Assembly: GCA_012841935.1 (NCBI GenBank)
Contig: DUTS01000103.1
Location: 1-46,632, forward strand
Source: Clostridia bacterium
Lineage (GTDB): Bacteria; Bacillota; Peptococcia; DRI-13; DTU073
Direction of reading: 5' to 3'
Length of the DNA: 46,632 nt
Made by a program: the position numbers and the translations under genes. Positions 8,777 to 17,451 of this stretch are shown here, in pieces. The notes under the pieces were generated by a model. It had not been told where the DNA came from. It worked only from the letters and a program-made list of their open reading frames with translations, and ran no database searches. Numbering within the stretch: the stretch's first letter is position 1; each line of letters begins with the position of its first letter.

Positions 8777-10135
8777 ATGGGTTATCGGGTAGTTAAGGAT
8801 TTTTTAGGGGAGGTATTGGTTCCTAAGGGGAAATTATGGGGAGCCCAAACTCAAAGAAGTTTGGAAAAATTTAAGATCGGTCAAGAAAAAATGCCTTTGG
8901 AAATAATTAGGGCCTTAGTGTTGATTAAAAAGGCTGCTGCTGAGGCAAATGCAGCTTTGGATTTATTGACTGAGGAAATTGCTGTGGCGATTGTGCAGGC
9001 TTGTCAAGAAGTTTTAGCAGGTCATTTTGCCGATAATTTCCCTTTAATGGTTTGGCAAACAGGCAGTGGTACCCAAACCAATATGAATGTTAATGAGGTC
9101 ATTGCTTACCGGGCCAACCAAATTTTAGGTGAAAATTTGGTCGATCCCCATGACCACGTTAATTTGGGTCAGAGTTCTAATGATGTTTTCCCTACCGCAA
9201 TACATTTAGCGGGAGTAGTGGCTGTGGAAGATCGCTTGATCCCGGTTCTAGAAAAATTAGAAAAAACCTTAAACCAAAAAAGCCAAGCCTATAATCAGGT
9301 GTTAAAATTGGGACGTACACATTTACAGGATGCTTTGCCACTTACTTTTGGGCAAGAAATAAGTGCATGGATGCTGATCTTTAGTAAGCATTTGAAATGT
9401 TTAAAAGAGAATTTGAATTGTTTGCGGGAACTAGCGATTGGTGGTACCGCGGTAGGCACAGGTTATGGTACACACCCGGAATTTGCCGCTAAAGTAGTGA
9501 GATTATTACAAAAAGCAACTGGAAAGAAATTAGCTGTTGCTTCTAATAAATTTTATGCCTTGACTAGCCAGTCCCCTCTGGTAATTGTACATGGAATTTT
9601 AAAAGCCTTGGCTGCCGATATAATGAAAATGGCCAATGATCTTAGCTGGTTGGCTAGTGGTCCGCGTTGTGGTTTGGGTGAAATAGAATTACCAGCTAAT
9701 GAGCCTGGTAGTTCCATGATGCCGGGTAAGATTAATCCCACACAATGTGAGGCGATAACTATGGTTGCCTGTCAGGTAATGGGAAATGATTTAAGTATTT
9801 CCCTTGCTGCCAGTCAAGGTCAGTTGCAGTTAAATACCTTTATGCCGGTTTGTGCTTATAATTTCTTGCAATCTTTGGATTTATTAAGTAGTGGTTTAGC
9901 TTCTTTTGAGCAGCATTGTTTACGAGGTTTAAAACCGTGTGTGCAACAAATGCAATTTTATGTGGATAATTCCCTAATGTTGGCTACAGCCTTGAGTCGG
10001 CATTTGGGATATGAAAAAACGGCTGTGATTGTTAATAAAGCTATCCGGGAAAATTTAACTCTTAAAACTGCTGCTTTAGAGGTGTTAACTGAGGCGAAGT
10101 TTAAAGAATATGTTCAACCAGAAAAAATGGTTTAA
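8777..10135 (+). CDS. fumC: Class II fumarate hydratase
   Basis: WQTGSGTQTNMNVNEV, QSSNDVFPT, GRTHLQDA, PGSSMMPGKINPTQCE. Confidence 0.92.
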   Translation: MGYRVVKDFLGEVLVPKGKLWGAQTQRSLEKFKIGQEKMPLEIIRALVLIKKAAAEANAALDLLTEEIAVAIVQACQEVLAGHFADNFPLMVWQTGSGTQTNMNVNEVIAYRANQILGENLVDPHDHVNLGQSSNDVFPTAIHLAGVVAVEDRLIPVLEKLEKTLNQKSQAYNQVLKLGRTHLQDALPLTFGQEISAWMLIFSKHLKCLKENLNCLRELAIGGTAVGTGYGTHPEFAAKVVRLLQKATGKKLAVASNKFYALTSQSPLVIVHGILKALAADIMKMANDLSWLASGPRCGLGEIELPANEPGSSMMPGKINPTQCEAITMVACQVMGNDLSISLAASQGQLQLNTFMPVCAYNFLQSLDLLSSGLASFEQHCLRGLKPCVQQMQFYVDNSLMLATALSRHLGYEKTAVIVNKAIRENLTLKTAALEVLTEAKFKEYVQPEKMV

Positions 10136-10151
10136 AAAGGAGCGAAATCTA

Positions 10152-11315
10152 GTGGATTATCGGCAAAAAGCTTTGGAATTACATCAGCGTTTGCGGGGGA
10201 AAATAGGGATTTATAATAAAATTAATTTACAGAATGAAGCTGATTTGGCTTTAGTTTATACTCCTGGGGTTGCTGAACCTTGTAAATTGATAGCCCAGAA
10301 TAAAGAATTGGCTTATCAGTATACTGCTAAAGGTAATCTTTTGGCGGTGGTTACTGATGGTACAGCAGTTTTAGGCTTAGGGAATCTTGGCCCAGAGGCA
10401 GCTCTGCCGGTAATCGAAGGTAAATGTTTTTTATTCAAGGAATTTGCTGACATTGATGCTTTGCCACTTTGTTTGGGGACAACTGATGTTGATGAAATTG
10501 TGGAAACAATTATTCATCTAGCCCCTACTTTTGGCGGCATCAATTTAGAAGATATTAGCAGTCCCCGCTGTTTTGCAATTTTAAGGAAATTAAAACAAAA
10601 ATTAAGTATCCCCGTTTTTCATGATGACTGTCAAGGTACGGCTGTAGTCGTCTTGGCGGCTTTAATTAATGCTGCTCAGATTTTAAAGCGAGATTTAAGA
10701 CAATTGGAAATAGTGATTAATGGTGTGGGAGCAGCTGGTATAGGTATTGCGGAACTTTTAAAAGCTGCAGGTTTACAAAAGTTAATTTTATGTACACGGG
10801 AGGGGGCCCTTTATCCGGGTTGTCCACAAAAATTAGATGAAGAGCAGTTTCGTTTAGTTAAAAGTACTAATCCGGAGCGAAAAAAAGGTAAATTATTAGA
10901 GGTGCTCAGTGGAGCCGATGTTTTCATCGGTGTCTCCGGGCCACAGGTTTTAAACAGAGAAATGATTCGCAAGATGAACTCACAGCCCATCATCTTTGCC
11001 TTGGCTAATCCTTTGCCAGAGATTAAACCTGAGGAAGCTTTGGCCGCTGGGGCCTTTATTGTGGGTACAGGTCGTTCGGATTATCCCAATCAAATTAATA
11101 ATTTATTGGCCTTTCCCGGTATTTTTCGCGGTGCCTTGGCTGTGCAGGCTAAGGAAATTAATGAACTGATGCTTTTGGAGGCAGCACGGGCCTTAGCTCA
11201 AATAATTGTACCTAGTAAAACTAGGCTTTTGCCTAAGGTGTTTGATTCTCGTGTAAGTACTGTTTTGGCAGAGGCTGTGGCGGCAGCGGCATTTAAATCA
11301 GGAGTAGTGAGATAG
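10152..11315 (+). CDS. NAD(P)-dependent malic enzyme
   Basis: YTPGVAEPC, TDGTAVLGLG, INLEDI, FHDD..GTA, FALANP, GRSDYPNQINN; GTG start at 10152 after AAGGAG. Confidence 0.92.
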   Translation: MDYRQKALELHQRLRGKIGIYNKINLQNEADLALVYTPGVAEPCKLIAQNKELAYQYTAKGNLLAVVTDGTAVLGLGNLGPEAALPVIEGKCFLFKEFADIDALPLCLGTTDVDEIVETIIHLAPTFGGINLEDISSPRCFAILRKLKQKLSIPVFHDDCQGTAVVVLAALINAAQILKRDLRQLEIVINGVGAAGIGIAELLKAAGLQKLILCTREGALYPGCPQKLDEEQFRLVKSTNPERKKGKLLEVLSGADVFIGVSGPQVLNREMIRKMNSQPIIFALANPLPEIKPEEALAAGAFIVGTGRSDYPNQINNLLAFPGIFRGALAVQAKEINELMLLEAARALAQIIVPSKTRLLPKVFDSRVSTVLAEAVAAAAFKSGVVR

Positions 11316-12089
11316 AAATTGTTCAAGAAGATCGAAACGGCGCTGTCGGCGATAGGGGGTATGGTTTTGAGGGGTTTGCCAAATTTCTTTAAGAGGTGTA
11401 CCTTCTAAATAGTGGAGGGCTTGTTGGCAATCTCCGATAATTGTGGCAGCAATATTTTGGGTATGGGTCATTGTCCGTAAGGGTGATCCTAATTGGTGGT
11501 GGGAAATGGTGGCCCCCAGTCCAATTCGGAATTTGTTTTCAGCAGTCCAAGCTAGGGCTAGGGGAGGAATGGCTAATGTTTTCAAGGGTATGGAAGTTAA
11601 TAATTTTCCGGAAATTGCATGTGGGCCATGACTGGGAGTAGCTAAACCAATTTGGGGTACTAGCCCCAGTTTTTTATTGACTTTATAGCGATATTTTAAA
11701 ACTAGGTTGGCTAGATCAGTGGTGGCGGGAGTAGGATAACAATTGGTTAAGGCTAAATCTAACCCTTGTTTAATTCCTTTAAGTAAATTTTGTAATGTAG
11801 AACCAAGTGGACCACACATATCACCATCAAGAAAAAGTAGGGCTGTGGGCTTGTATTGTTTAGCATATGCAGCTCCCACGGCCCTAGGTATATCTAAACC
11901 TAAGGGGACGGGAAAGGAGATTAAGTCAATGTTTTGCGGGGAATTTATTTGTAGGATTTTATTTTCGGTACAATCTGTACAGCCATTAGCCACAAAAATA
12001 AGTTGCTGTAAATTACAGGATTGTAAATTTTTAAGAACAAAGGCAATGTTTTTTGCCTCATTATAAGCAGGGATAACGGCTATTTGCAT
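11298..12089 (-). CDS. Glycosyltransferase family 2 protein (probably spore-associated)
   Basis: VIPAYNEA start and FLDGD (DxD) motif; divergent from yabG. Confidence 0.8.
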   Translation of the reverse strand: MQIAVIPAYNEAKNIAFVLKNLQSCNLQQLIFVANGCTDCTENKILQINSPQNIDLISFPVPLGLDIPRAVGAAYAKQYKPTALLFLDGDMCGPLGSTLQNLLKGIKQGLDLALTNCYPTPATTDLANLVLKYRYKVNKKLGLVPQIGLATPSHGPHAISGKLLTSIPLKTLAIPPLALAWTAENKFRIGLGATISHHQLGSPLRTMTHTQNIAATIIGDCQQALHYLEGTPLKEIWQTPQNHTPYRRQRRFDLLEQFLSHYS

Positions 12090-12120
12090 TTATTTTCCTC
12101 CTTTTGTGGTAGCTTGTTCT

Positions 12121-12148
12121 ATGCTATGTATTGTAGACCTATGAGGTG
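12121..12148 (-). promoter_or_regulatory. Putative SigK promoter of GT2 gene
   Basis: Minus strand CACC-16-CATAGCAT, matching mACm-N16-CATA---T. Confidence 0.5.
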
Positions 12149-12244
12149 CAATTTTTTAGAACCATATTTCCCTTTTAAACCTATAATGATAATGAAAGGA
12201 CTAATTGTGCGGATTAATAAATCCGCAAGATGGGGAGATGACAA

Positions 12245-13132
12245 ATGCGAGAACATTTGCAAATAGGCGATATTGTAGGCCGTAAATCCCATGGTAGTGA
12301 TATTTTGTTTCGTATCGTTAAAATTGTTCACGAAGGTAATGAGGAAAAGGCTTTTTTAAGAGGTGTGGATATTAGGTTGTATGCTGATGCACCATTGTGT
12401 GATTTAGAGAAAAAAATTTTGTCCGAGATCAGCAGATATAGGCAGGAATATATTAAAAAAAATTCTGCCTGCTTGCGTCGTATTTTTGAACGCCGTTTGG
12501 AGGAAAAAACTAATTTTTTTTTGAAAAGAAGCTCTGATTTAAAAAAAAATCAACTTAATGGTTTTAGTTATTATGAAATTCCCGGTCGCGTTTTACATTT
12601 AGATGGTGATAAAGATTATTTGCAGTTATGTAAAACTACTTATGCACAATTAAACATTAAAATGGATGGATTTGAAGTACCAGAAAAAAAACAACCAGAA
12701 TTAGTAGGAAAATATTTGGAAGAATATGCTCCCAATATTTTAGTTTTGACAGGTCATGATGGTTTCTTGAAAAATGCTACAGACTTTAAAGATTTGTGTA
12801 ATTATCGTAATTCGGCTTATTTTTTTAAAGCAGTTCGCAAAGCCCGTGAATATGAACCGAGTCGTGATGATTTAATTATTTTTGCCGGGGCCTGTCAGTC
12901 ACATTATGAGGCTTTAATTGCCGCTGGTGCTAATTTTGCTAGTTCACCTCAGAGGATTTTTATTCATGCTTTTGATCCGGTTTTTATTGCGGAAAAACTA
13001 GCCTATAGTTCTATTTACGAGACTATATGTGTTAAAGATGTTTTAAATAATACGATTACTGGTTTAGATGGAGTGGGAGGTATTGAAACAAGGGGGTGTT
13101 TGCGTTTGGGTTATCCCCAATCACCTTATTAA
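12245..13132 (+). CDS. yabG: Sporulation peptidase YabG
   Basis: GDIVGRKSHGSDI, VLHLDGD, LTGHDG, FAGACQSHYE, GANFASSP. Confidence 0.95.
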   Translation: MREHLQIGDIVGRKSHGSDILFRIVKIVHEGNEEKAFLRGVDIRLYADAPLCDLEKKILSEISRYRQEYIKKNSACLRRIFERRLEEKTNFFLKRSSDLKKNQLNGFSYYEIPGRVLHLDGDKDYLQLCKTTYAQLNIKMDGFEVPEKKQPELVGKYLEEYAPNILVLTGHDGFLKNATDFKDLCNYRNSAYFFKAVRKAREYEPSRDDLIIFAGACQSHYEALIAAGANFASSPQRIFIHAFDPVFIAEKLAYSSIYETICVKDVLNNTITGLDGVGGIETRGCLRLGYPQSPY

Positions 13133-13175
13133 TCTTCATTAATTTAAATTTTCTTGGAAAAAAATGATTTTTCGA

Positions 13176-13245
13176 TTGACAAGCACTAAAGCGGTTTAGT
13201 ATAATTATTAGTTTGTTTGACAAGGCTCTAGTCTCATGTTATAAT
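13176..13245 (+). promoter_or_regulatory. Tandem consensus SigA promoters of veg
   Basis: TTGACA-18-TATAAT (13176-13205) and TTGACA-17-TATAAT with TG (13217-13245). Confidence 0.85.
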
Positions 13246-13277
13246 TGGTTTGTTGATTAATGAAAGAGGGTGGTGTT

Positions 13278-13553
13278 TTGTCAGCAAAAAGGGTTTTCGC
13301 GGAAATTAAACGTGGTTTGGAGCCATTTGTCGGTAATAAAATTAAACTAAAGGCTAATCGCGGTCGTCGAAGAATTATAGAAAAAATAGGTGTCTTGGAA
13401 AATATTTATCCCAATATTTTTGTGGTTTGTGTAGATGAGAAACAGGTTAAACGCCGCATTTCCTTTACTTATGCTGATATCTTAACAGATACGGTACAAG
13501 TAACTGTTTTTGATGGTGACAAAAATATTAGAATAACCGCTGATGGTTTTTAA
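13278..13553 (+). CDS. veg: Veg family protein
   Basis: KANRGRRR..G.L...YPNIFVV, SFTYADILTDTV; TTG start at 13278. Confidence 0.92.
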   Translation: MSAKRVFAEIKRGLEPFVGNKIKLKANRGRRRIIEKIGVLENIYPNIFVVCVDEKQVKRRISFTYADILTDTVQVTVFDGDKNIRITADGF

Positions 13554-13570
13554 TTATCAGCGGTTTTTTT
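13535..13570 (+). terminator. Intrinsic terminator overlapping veg stop
   Basis: AACCGCTGAT / ATCAGCGGTT plus T tract. Confidence 0.75.
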
Positions 13571-13741
13571 AGTCATATTTTGCCACACCCCTTAAATTCT
13601 ATTAAAAAGGGGTTTTTTTAATGTTTAAGCAGCTTCCCGCGGTGGGAAGCATCTTTAAGGAAAAGATTGCGGGTTTGTCTGGGGAGAAAACAAAGGCGTA
13701 AAATTAAGATGATTAATCTATTTAAGGGGGCGAGGTGGACG

Positions 13742-14647
13742 ATGAAACAGCGTTTATTTAAAGGCCTGGGTTTCTTTTTGTTGGGGATGCTCTTTTTCTG
13801 CAGTTGGGATGTAATTCCGGTTTATGCCGAGAATTTAGTTTACCGCACCTTGGTACTTGGTAAAGATGTGGTGCAAATTCGTCCTAATGAAAAGGATCAA
13901 GAGGTTTATGAATTCTTGTTTAATGAACAAGTAGTAATGCGTTATCGTACGATGTCTCAGGGTTTAAGTGCCTCAGAACGGGCTTTGGTTCTTTGGGAAA
14001 GGGTAAATAATTTTGGTCAGGCGTTATCCCAGGGTGAAATTAAAGTAGCTGTTTGGCAGGGGAATTATGTAATTTTGCTTGATGAACAATTATTACTTAC
14101 GGTAACCGCGGCTGATTATTTGGCTAATAATTCTACGGCTGAGGGTTTGGCCAATGTTTGGGCAACAAATTTTAAAAAAGCACGTCAAATTAAACCTCTG
14201 GTAGAAATAGTGCCGGAAATTTCACACAAGGAACCACTACTTCGGGATGAGGAAATTCCGGAAGTGGCGGACTCAGAAGAAATAAAAATGTGGGAATTGG
14301 TTAATGCGGAAAGGGCTAAGGCTGGTGTGCCGCCTGTGGAGTTTGATGAAGGCTTGGCAGAAGTGGCCTGTTTGAAATCAGCTGATCTGATTACTCATAA
14401 TTATTTTAGTCATCATTCACCTACATATGGGGATCCTTTTGTGATGTTAAAATCATTTGGTATTACCTATAATTATGCTGGGGAAAATTTGGCAGGTAGC
14501 CCCACTGTAGAGATAGCTCATCAGAATTTGATGGCTTCACCTGGACATCGAAAAAATATTCTTAATCCTAATTTTACGCACTTAGGAATTGGGATTGTAA
14601 AGGGTGGGCCCTATGGCCAAATGTTTACCCAACTGTTTACTGGTTGA
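13742..14647 (+). CDS. Secreted CAP/SCP-domain (YkwD-like) protein with extra N-terminal domain
   Basis: Signal peptide; C-terminal LVNAERAKAG, YFSHHSPTYG, AGENLA, MASPGHRKNIL. Confidence 0.85.
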   Translation: MKQRLFKGLGFFLLGMLFFCSWDVIPVYAENLVYRTLVLGKDVVQIRPNEKDQEVYEFLFNEQVVMRYRTMSQGLSASERALVLWERVNNFGQALSQGEIKVAVWQGNYVILLDEQLLLTVTAADYLANNSTAEGLANVWATNFKKARQIKPLVEIVPEISHKEPLLRDEEIPEVADSEEIKMWELVNAERAKAGVPPVEFDEGLAEVACLKSADLITHNYFSHHSPTYGDPFVMLKSFGITYNYAGENLAGSPTVEIAHQNLMASPGHRKNILNPNFTHLGIGIVKGGPYGQMFTQLFTG

Positions 14648-14735
14648 GACACAATAAAGACCGACTTTTCATATCATAAAGTAATAAAATAATTGTAAGG
14701 CACAGATATTTAGTTGAAAAGGAGGTCGTGTCAGC

Positions 14736-16283
14736 ATGGATATTACCGTTGAAACGCGTCGTTTAAAGGTGGAAAATGTTGTTGGGGAAGCTGTTAAACA
14801 GGTGAATGTCGTTCGTAATATTACCTTGCCCGTAAAGGCGAAAAAGATTGAAAGTATTGATGCCAAAATTGAAAATGTGAAGCATAAGATTATTGATAAT
14901 AAAATAGTTGTGGAGGCAGATCTTAAAAAACAGGTTTATTATGTAGAGTGTTATTCTGGGCATGTACAGGAATATACTGTACCTACGGAAAAGGTTACCG
15001 AATTTGTGCACCTAAAAGGTGCTGTACCGGGAATGGATGCAAGGGTAAGTGTTTCCATAGAATATTGTGATGTAGAAGGTGTTTATTTACGAGATAGTAA
15101 AAAATGTTATCGTCAGTTTCAGCAAACCTGTATTTTAAAAATAAAGGTAAGAGTAATTGAAATGGTTGAAATTGATGTAGTCACTAATGTGCTTGGGGAA
15201 GGGATTGAGCCTACCTTTGCCACGGTAACCATCGATAATATTATTGGGGTTGGGGTAAAACAGCATAATATTAGTGATAGTTTAGTGGAACTACCGGCAG
15301 CCACAAAAAAGATTAAAAGTATTGACGCAGAAATAGAAGATATTGAGGAAAAGGTTATTCCCGGGAAAGTTATTGTTAAAGGGAATTTGCACAAACAAAT
15401 TTATTATGTACTTAGTCCTTGTGGTGAGGTAAAGGAAATGTCGGTTGATGTTCCTTTTACTGTTTTTGTACCAGTGGAAGGGGCACGTAAAGGAGCTAAT
15501 ATTTCTACTGATATTGAAATTGAATATATTGATAGTGAATTGATTACTAGAGACTGCCGCAAATTTGTTCGAGAAACCGTGGTTATTAAATTAAGAGCCA
15601 GTGTAAGTGAACGCCTGACTCTCAACATTGTTACCGCAGTATTAGGTGCTGAAGTAGATACCAGAACTTTAGTAATTGAAAATGCGATTGGTGTTGCGGA
15701 GCGGCAAGTTAATGTTTTGGCTAGTATTTTCACACCCACTGAAGCTCGTAAAATTAGCAAGGTAGACGCAGAATTAAGGGATTTAGAAGGTAAAGCCATA
15801 CCTAACAAAATAATTGTCAAAGGGACACTTCATAAACAAATTTATTATGTTTCTTCTATGGATAATCAACTGCGGGAACTGTCCTTGGATGAACCTTTTA
15901 CGGAGTTTATTCATTTGGACGGGGCTCAGGAAGGTGATGCCGTAAGTGTCTCTGGTCGTATCGAATATGTTAATGTGGAGGCTAAAGAAAAGACTCCCAC
16001 CTGTAGATGGCGGCAGACGGCGGTTTTGGAAATTAGGGCTAGAGTTACTGCTTCGGAGGAAATTACCGTGGTAACCGCAGTAAGACCCCTTGAGGAACCG
16101 GCGATCTGTCCCCCTGGAGAAACTTTTGATTATGTAGTTCAAAGAGGGGATACACTCTTTACTATTGCCACACAACATGGGGTTACAGTGCAGCAAATTA
16201 TGGCCGTTAATCCGGGAATTGCCGATCCTAATACACTTTCCGTGGGGCAAGTAATTAAAGTACCCTGTCCGGGTTTAGGTTAA
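14736..16283 (+). CDS. SPOCS (DUF3794) x3 + LysM spore coat morphogenetic protein, SipL-like
   Basis: Three repeats of K(K/I)..IDA...K(I/V)IV.G.L.KQ(I/V)YYV; C-terminal LysM YVVQRGDTL..GQVIKVP. Confidence 0.85.
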   Translation: MDITVETRRLKVENVVGEAVKQVNVVRNITLPVKAKKIESIDAKIENVKHKIIDNKIVVEADLKKQVYYVECYSGHVQEYTVPTEKVTEFVHLKGAVPGMDARVSVSIEYCDVEGVYLRDSKKCYRQFQQTCILKIKVRVIEMVEIDVVTNVLGEGIEPTFATVTIDNIIGVGVKQHNISDSLVELPAATKKIKSIDAEIEDIEEKVIPGKVIVKGNLHKQIYYVLSPCGEVKEMSVDVPFTVFVPVEGARKGANISTDIEIEYIDSELITRDCRKFVRETVVIKLRASVSERLTLNIVTAVLGAEVDTRTLVIENAIGVAERQVNVLASIFTPTEARKISKVDAELRDLEGKAIPNKIIVKGTLHKQIYYVSSMDNQLRELSLDEPFTEFIHLDGAQEGDAVSVSGRIEYVNVEAKEKTPTCRWRQTAVLEIRARVTASEEITVVTAVRPLEEPAICPPGETFDYVVQRGDTLFTIATQHGVTVQQIMAVNPGIADPNTLSVGQVIKVPCPGLG

Positions 16284-16289
16284 AAAGAA

Positions 16290-16332
16290 ACCAGTCACAA
16301 TCAGGCTTTGACCTGAGGTGGCTGGTCTTTTT
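16290..16332 (+). terminator. Intrinsic terminator
   Basis: ACCAGTCAC..TCAGG / CCTGA..GTGGCTGGT plus T tract. Confidence 0.6.
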
Positions 16333-16335
16333 AAT

Positions 16336-16365
16336 GATTAAAATGTTTTGAATTGGGTCAGACTA
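16336..16365 (+). promoter_or_regulatory. SigF promoter of spoIIR
   Basis: GATTA-15-GGTCAGACTA resembles the SigF consensus; spoIIR is SigF-dependent in Bacillus. Confidence 0.65.
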
Positions 16366-16388
16366 GAGGTAGAGAGAGGGTGGTGTTT

Positions 16389-16940
16389 GTGAAAAAAATC
16401 TTGCTCGGTTTTATTTTATTAGTAGGCTTGGGAGTGTTATTGCTGTGGCCAAGTACACCACCTGTGATTAGGCTGCATATTTTGGCACATAGTAATAGTG
16501 AAATTGATCAGGCCTTAAAATATCGGGTGCGGGATGAAATAATTTGTTTATTGCAAAAGGAATTAGGGGATTTGCAAGATTTAGGTGAGGCTAGGGAAAC
16601 AGTGGTCAATCAGTTGCCAAATTTAATGACAAAAGCCCGTGAATGTGTTGCTCAAGAAGGTTTTAATTATTCGGTAGACGCTTTTTATGGTTGGTTTCAT
16701 TTTCCGAAAAAAAGTTATGATTCTATTTTCTTGCCAGCAGGACGTTATGAGGCTTTAAGGTTGGTTTTGGGTGAAGGTCGGGGAGAAAATTGGTGGTGTA
16801 TGCTTTTTCCACCTTTATGTTTTGTAAATGGAGAGCAGAGTTTATGTTTGGAAATAGAGGAAAAGGCAGGATTGGAAGAAATACAAATTAAACCTGCTTT
16901 GAAAATAGTGGAGGTTTTTAAGGATGTTTTAAATAAATAA
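16389..16940 (+). CDS. spoIIR: Stage II sporulation protein R
   Basis: IRLHILAHSNS..DQALK..VRD, FP.K.Y, PAGRYEALR, GENWWCMLFPPLCF. Confidence 0.93.
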   Translation: MKKILLGFILLVGLGVLLLWPSTPPVIRLHILAHSNSEIDQALKYRVRDEIICLLQKELGDLQDLGEARETVVNQLPNLMTKARECVAQEGFNYSVDAFYGWFHFPKKSYDSIFLPAGRYEALRLVLGEGRGENWWCMLFPPLCFVNGEQSLCLEIEEKAGLEEIQIKPALKIVEVFKDVLNK

Positions 16941-16968
16941 GTGAGTTTTAAAGCCTATTTTGTGATAT

Positions 16969-17009
16969 AATTCAAACTGGCTAGTGTTAATTACTAGCCA
17001 GTTTGAATT
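16969..17009. terminator. Bidirectional terminator between convergent spoIIR and L,D-transpeptidase genes
   Basis: Perfect 17-bp inverted repeat AATTCAAACTGGCTAGT / ACTAGCCAGTTTGAATT. Confidence 0.8.
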
Positions 17010-17354
17010 TTAGATGATGTACACTATGGTGCCTAAAGACACTAAAGGGAAAATAATTTCAATATCTCGATTATACATGCGAATACATCCTAGAGAAACG
17101 GCTTTACCGATACTAGACGGATTATTGGTGCCGTGAATCCCATAATGTGGTTTGCTGAGGCCCATCCATCTAGTACCAAAGACTTGCCGTCCATCCATAA
17201 TTTTTTTGTTAATAATTTTCCAAGTGCCAATGGGTGATGGTGTACTGGGTTTACCAATGGCGATCGGATAAGAATTGTAAAGTTGTGCTCTGCGATAAAG
17301 GTAAAGCCGTCTTTTATGGAGAATAATTTTGATAGAGACTTTGCTAGTAAGCAA
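17010..17354 (-). CDS. L,D-transpeptidase, stand-alone YkuD catalytic domain
   Basis: YPIAIGK..TPSP.G, YGIHGTNNPSSIGKAVSLGCIRM; TTG start after GAGGTG. Confidence 0.88.
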   Translation of the reverse strand: MLTSKVSIKIILHKRRLYLYRRAQLYNSYPIAIGKPSTPSPIGTWKIINKKIMDGRQVFGTRWMGLSKPHYGIHGTNNPSSIGKAVSLGCIRMYNRDIEIIFPLVSLGTIVYII

Positions 17355-17451
17355 AAAAATCACCTCTTTTGAAATACCTGTTAATCTTAGTTTATTGCCC
17401 AATTTTAAAGATGTTGCTGGGAAATTTAATATTAAAGGAGTATTATATTAA

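Noticed and set aside
11298..11315. 18-bp convergent overlap of malic enzyme and GT2 genes
   Set aside because: Short 3' overlaps are common; no evidence of regulatory significance.
14736..16080. Repeated sequence in the SPOCS gene (CA(C/T)AAACAAATTTATTATGT twice) as an array or CRISPR
   Set aside because: Explained by three tandem SPOCS protein domains; no regular repeat-spacer structure.
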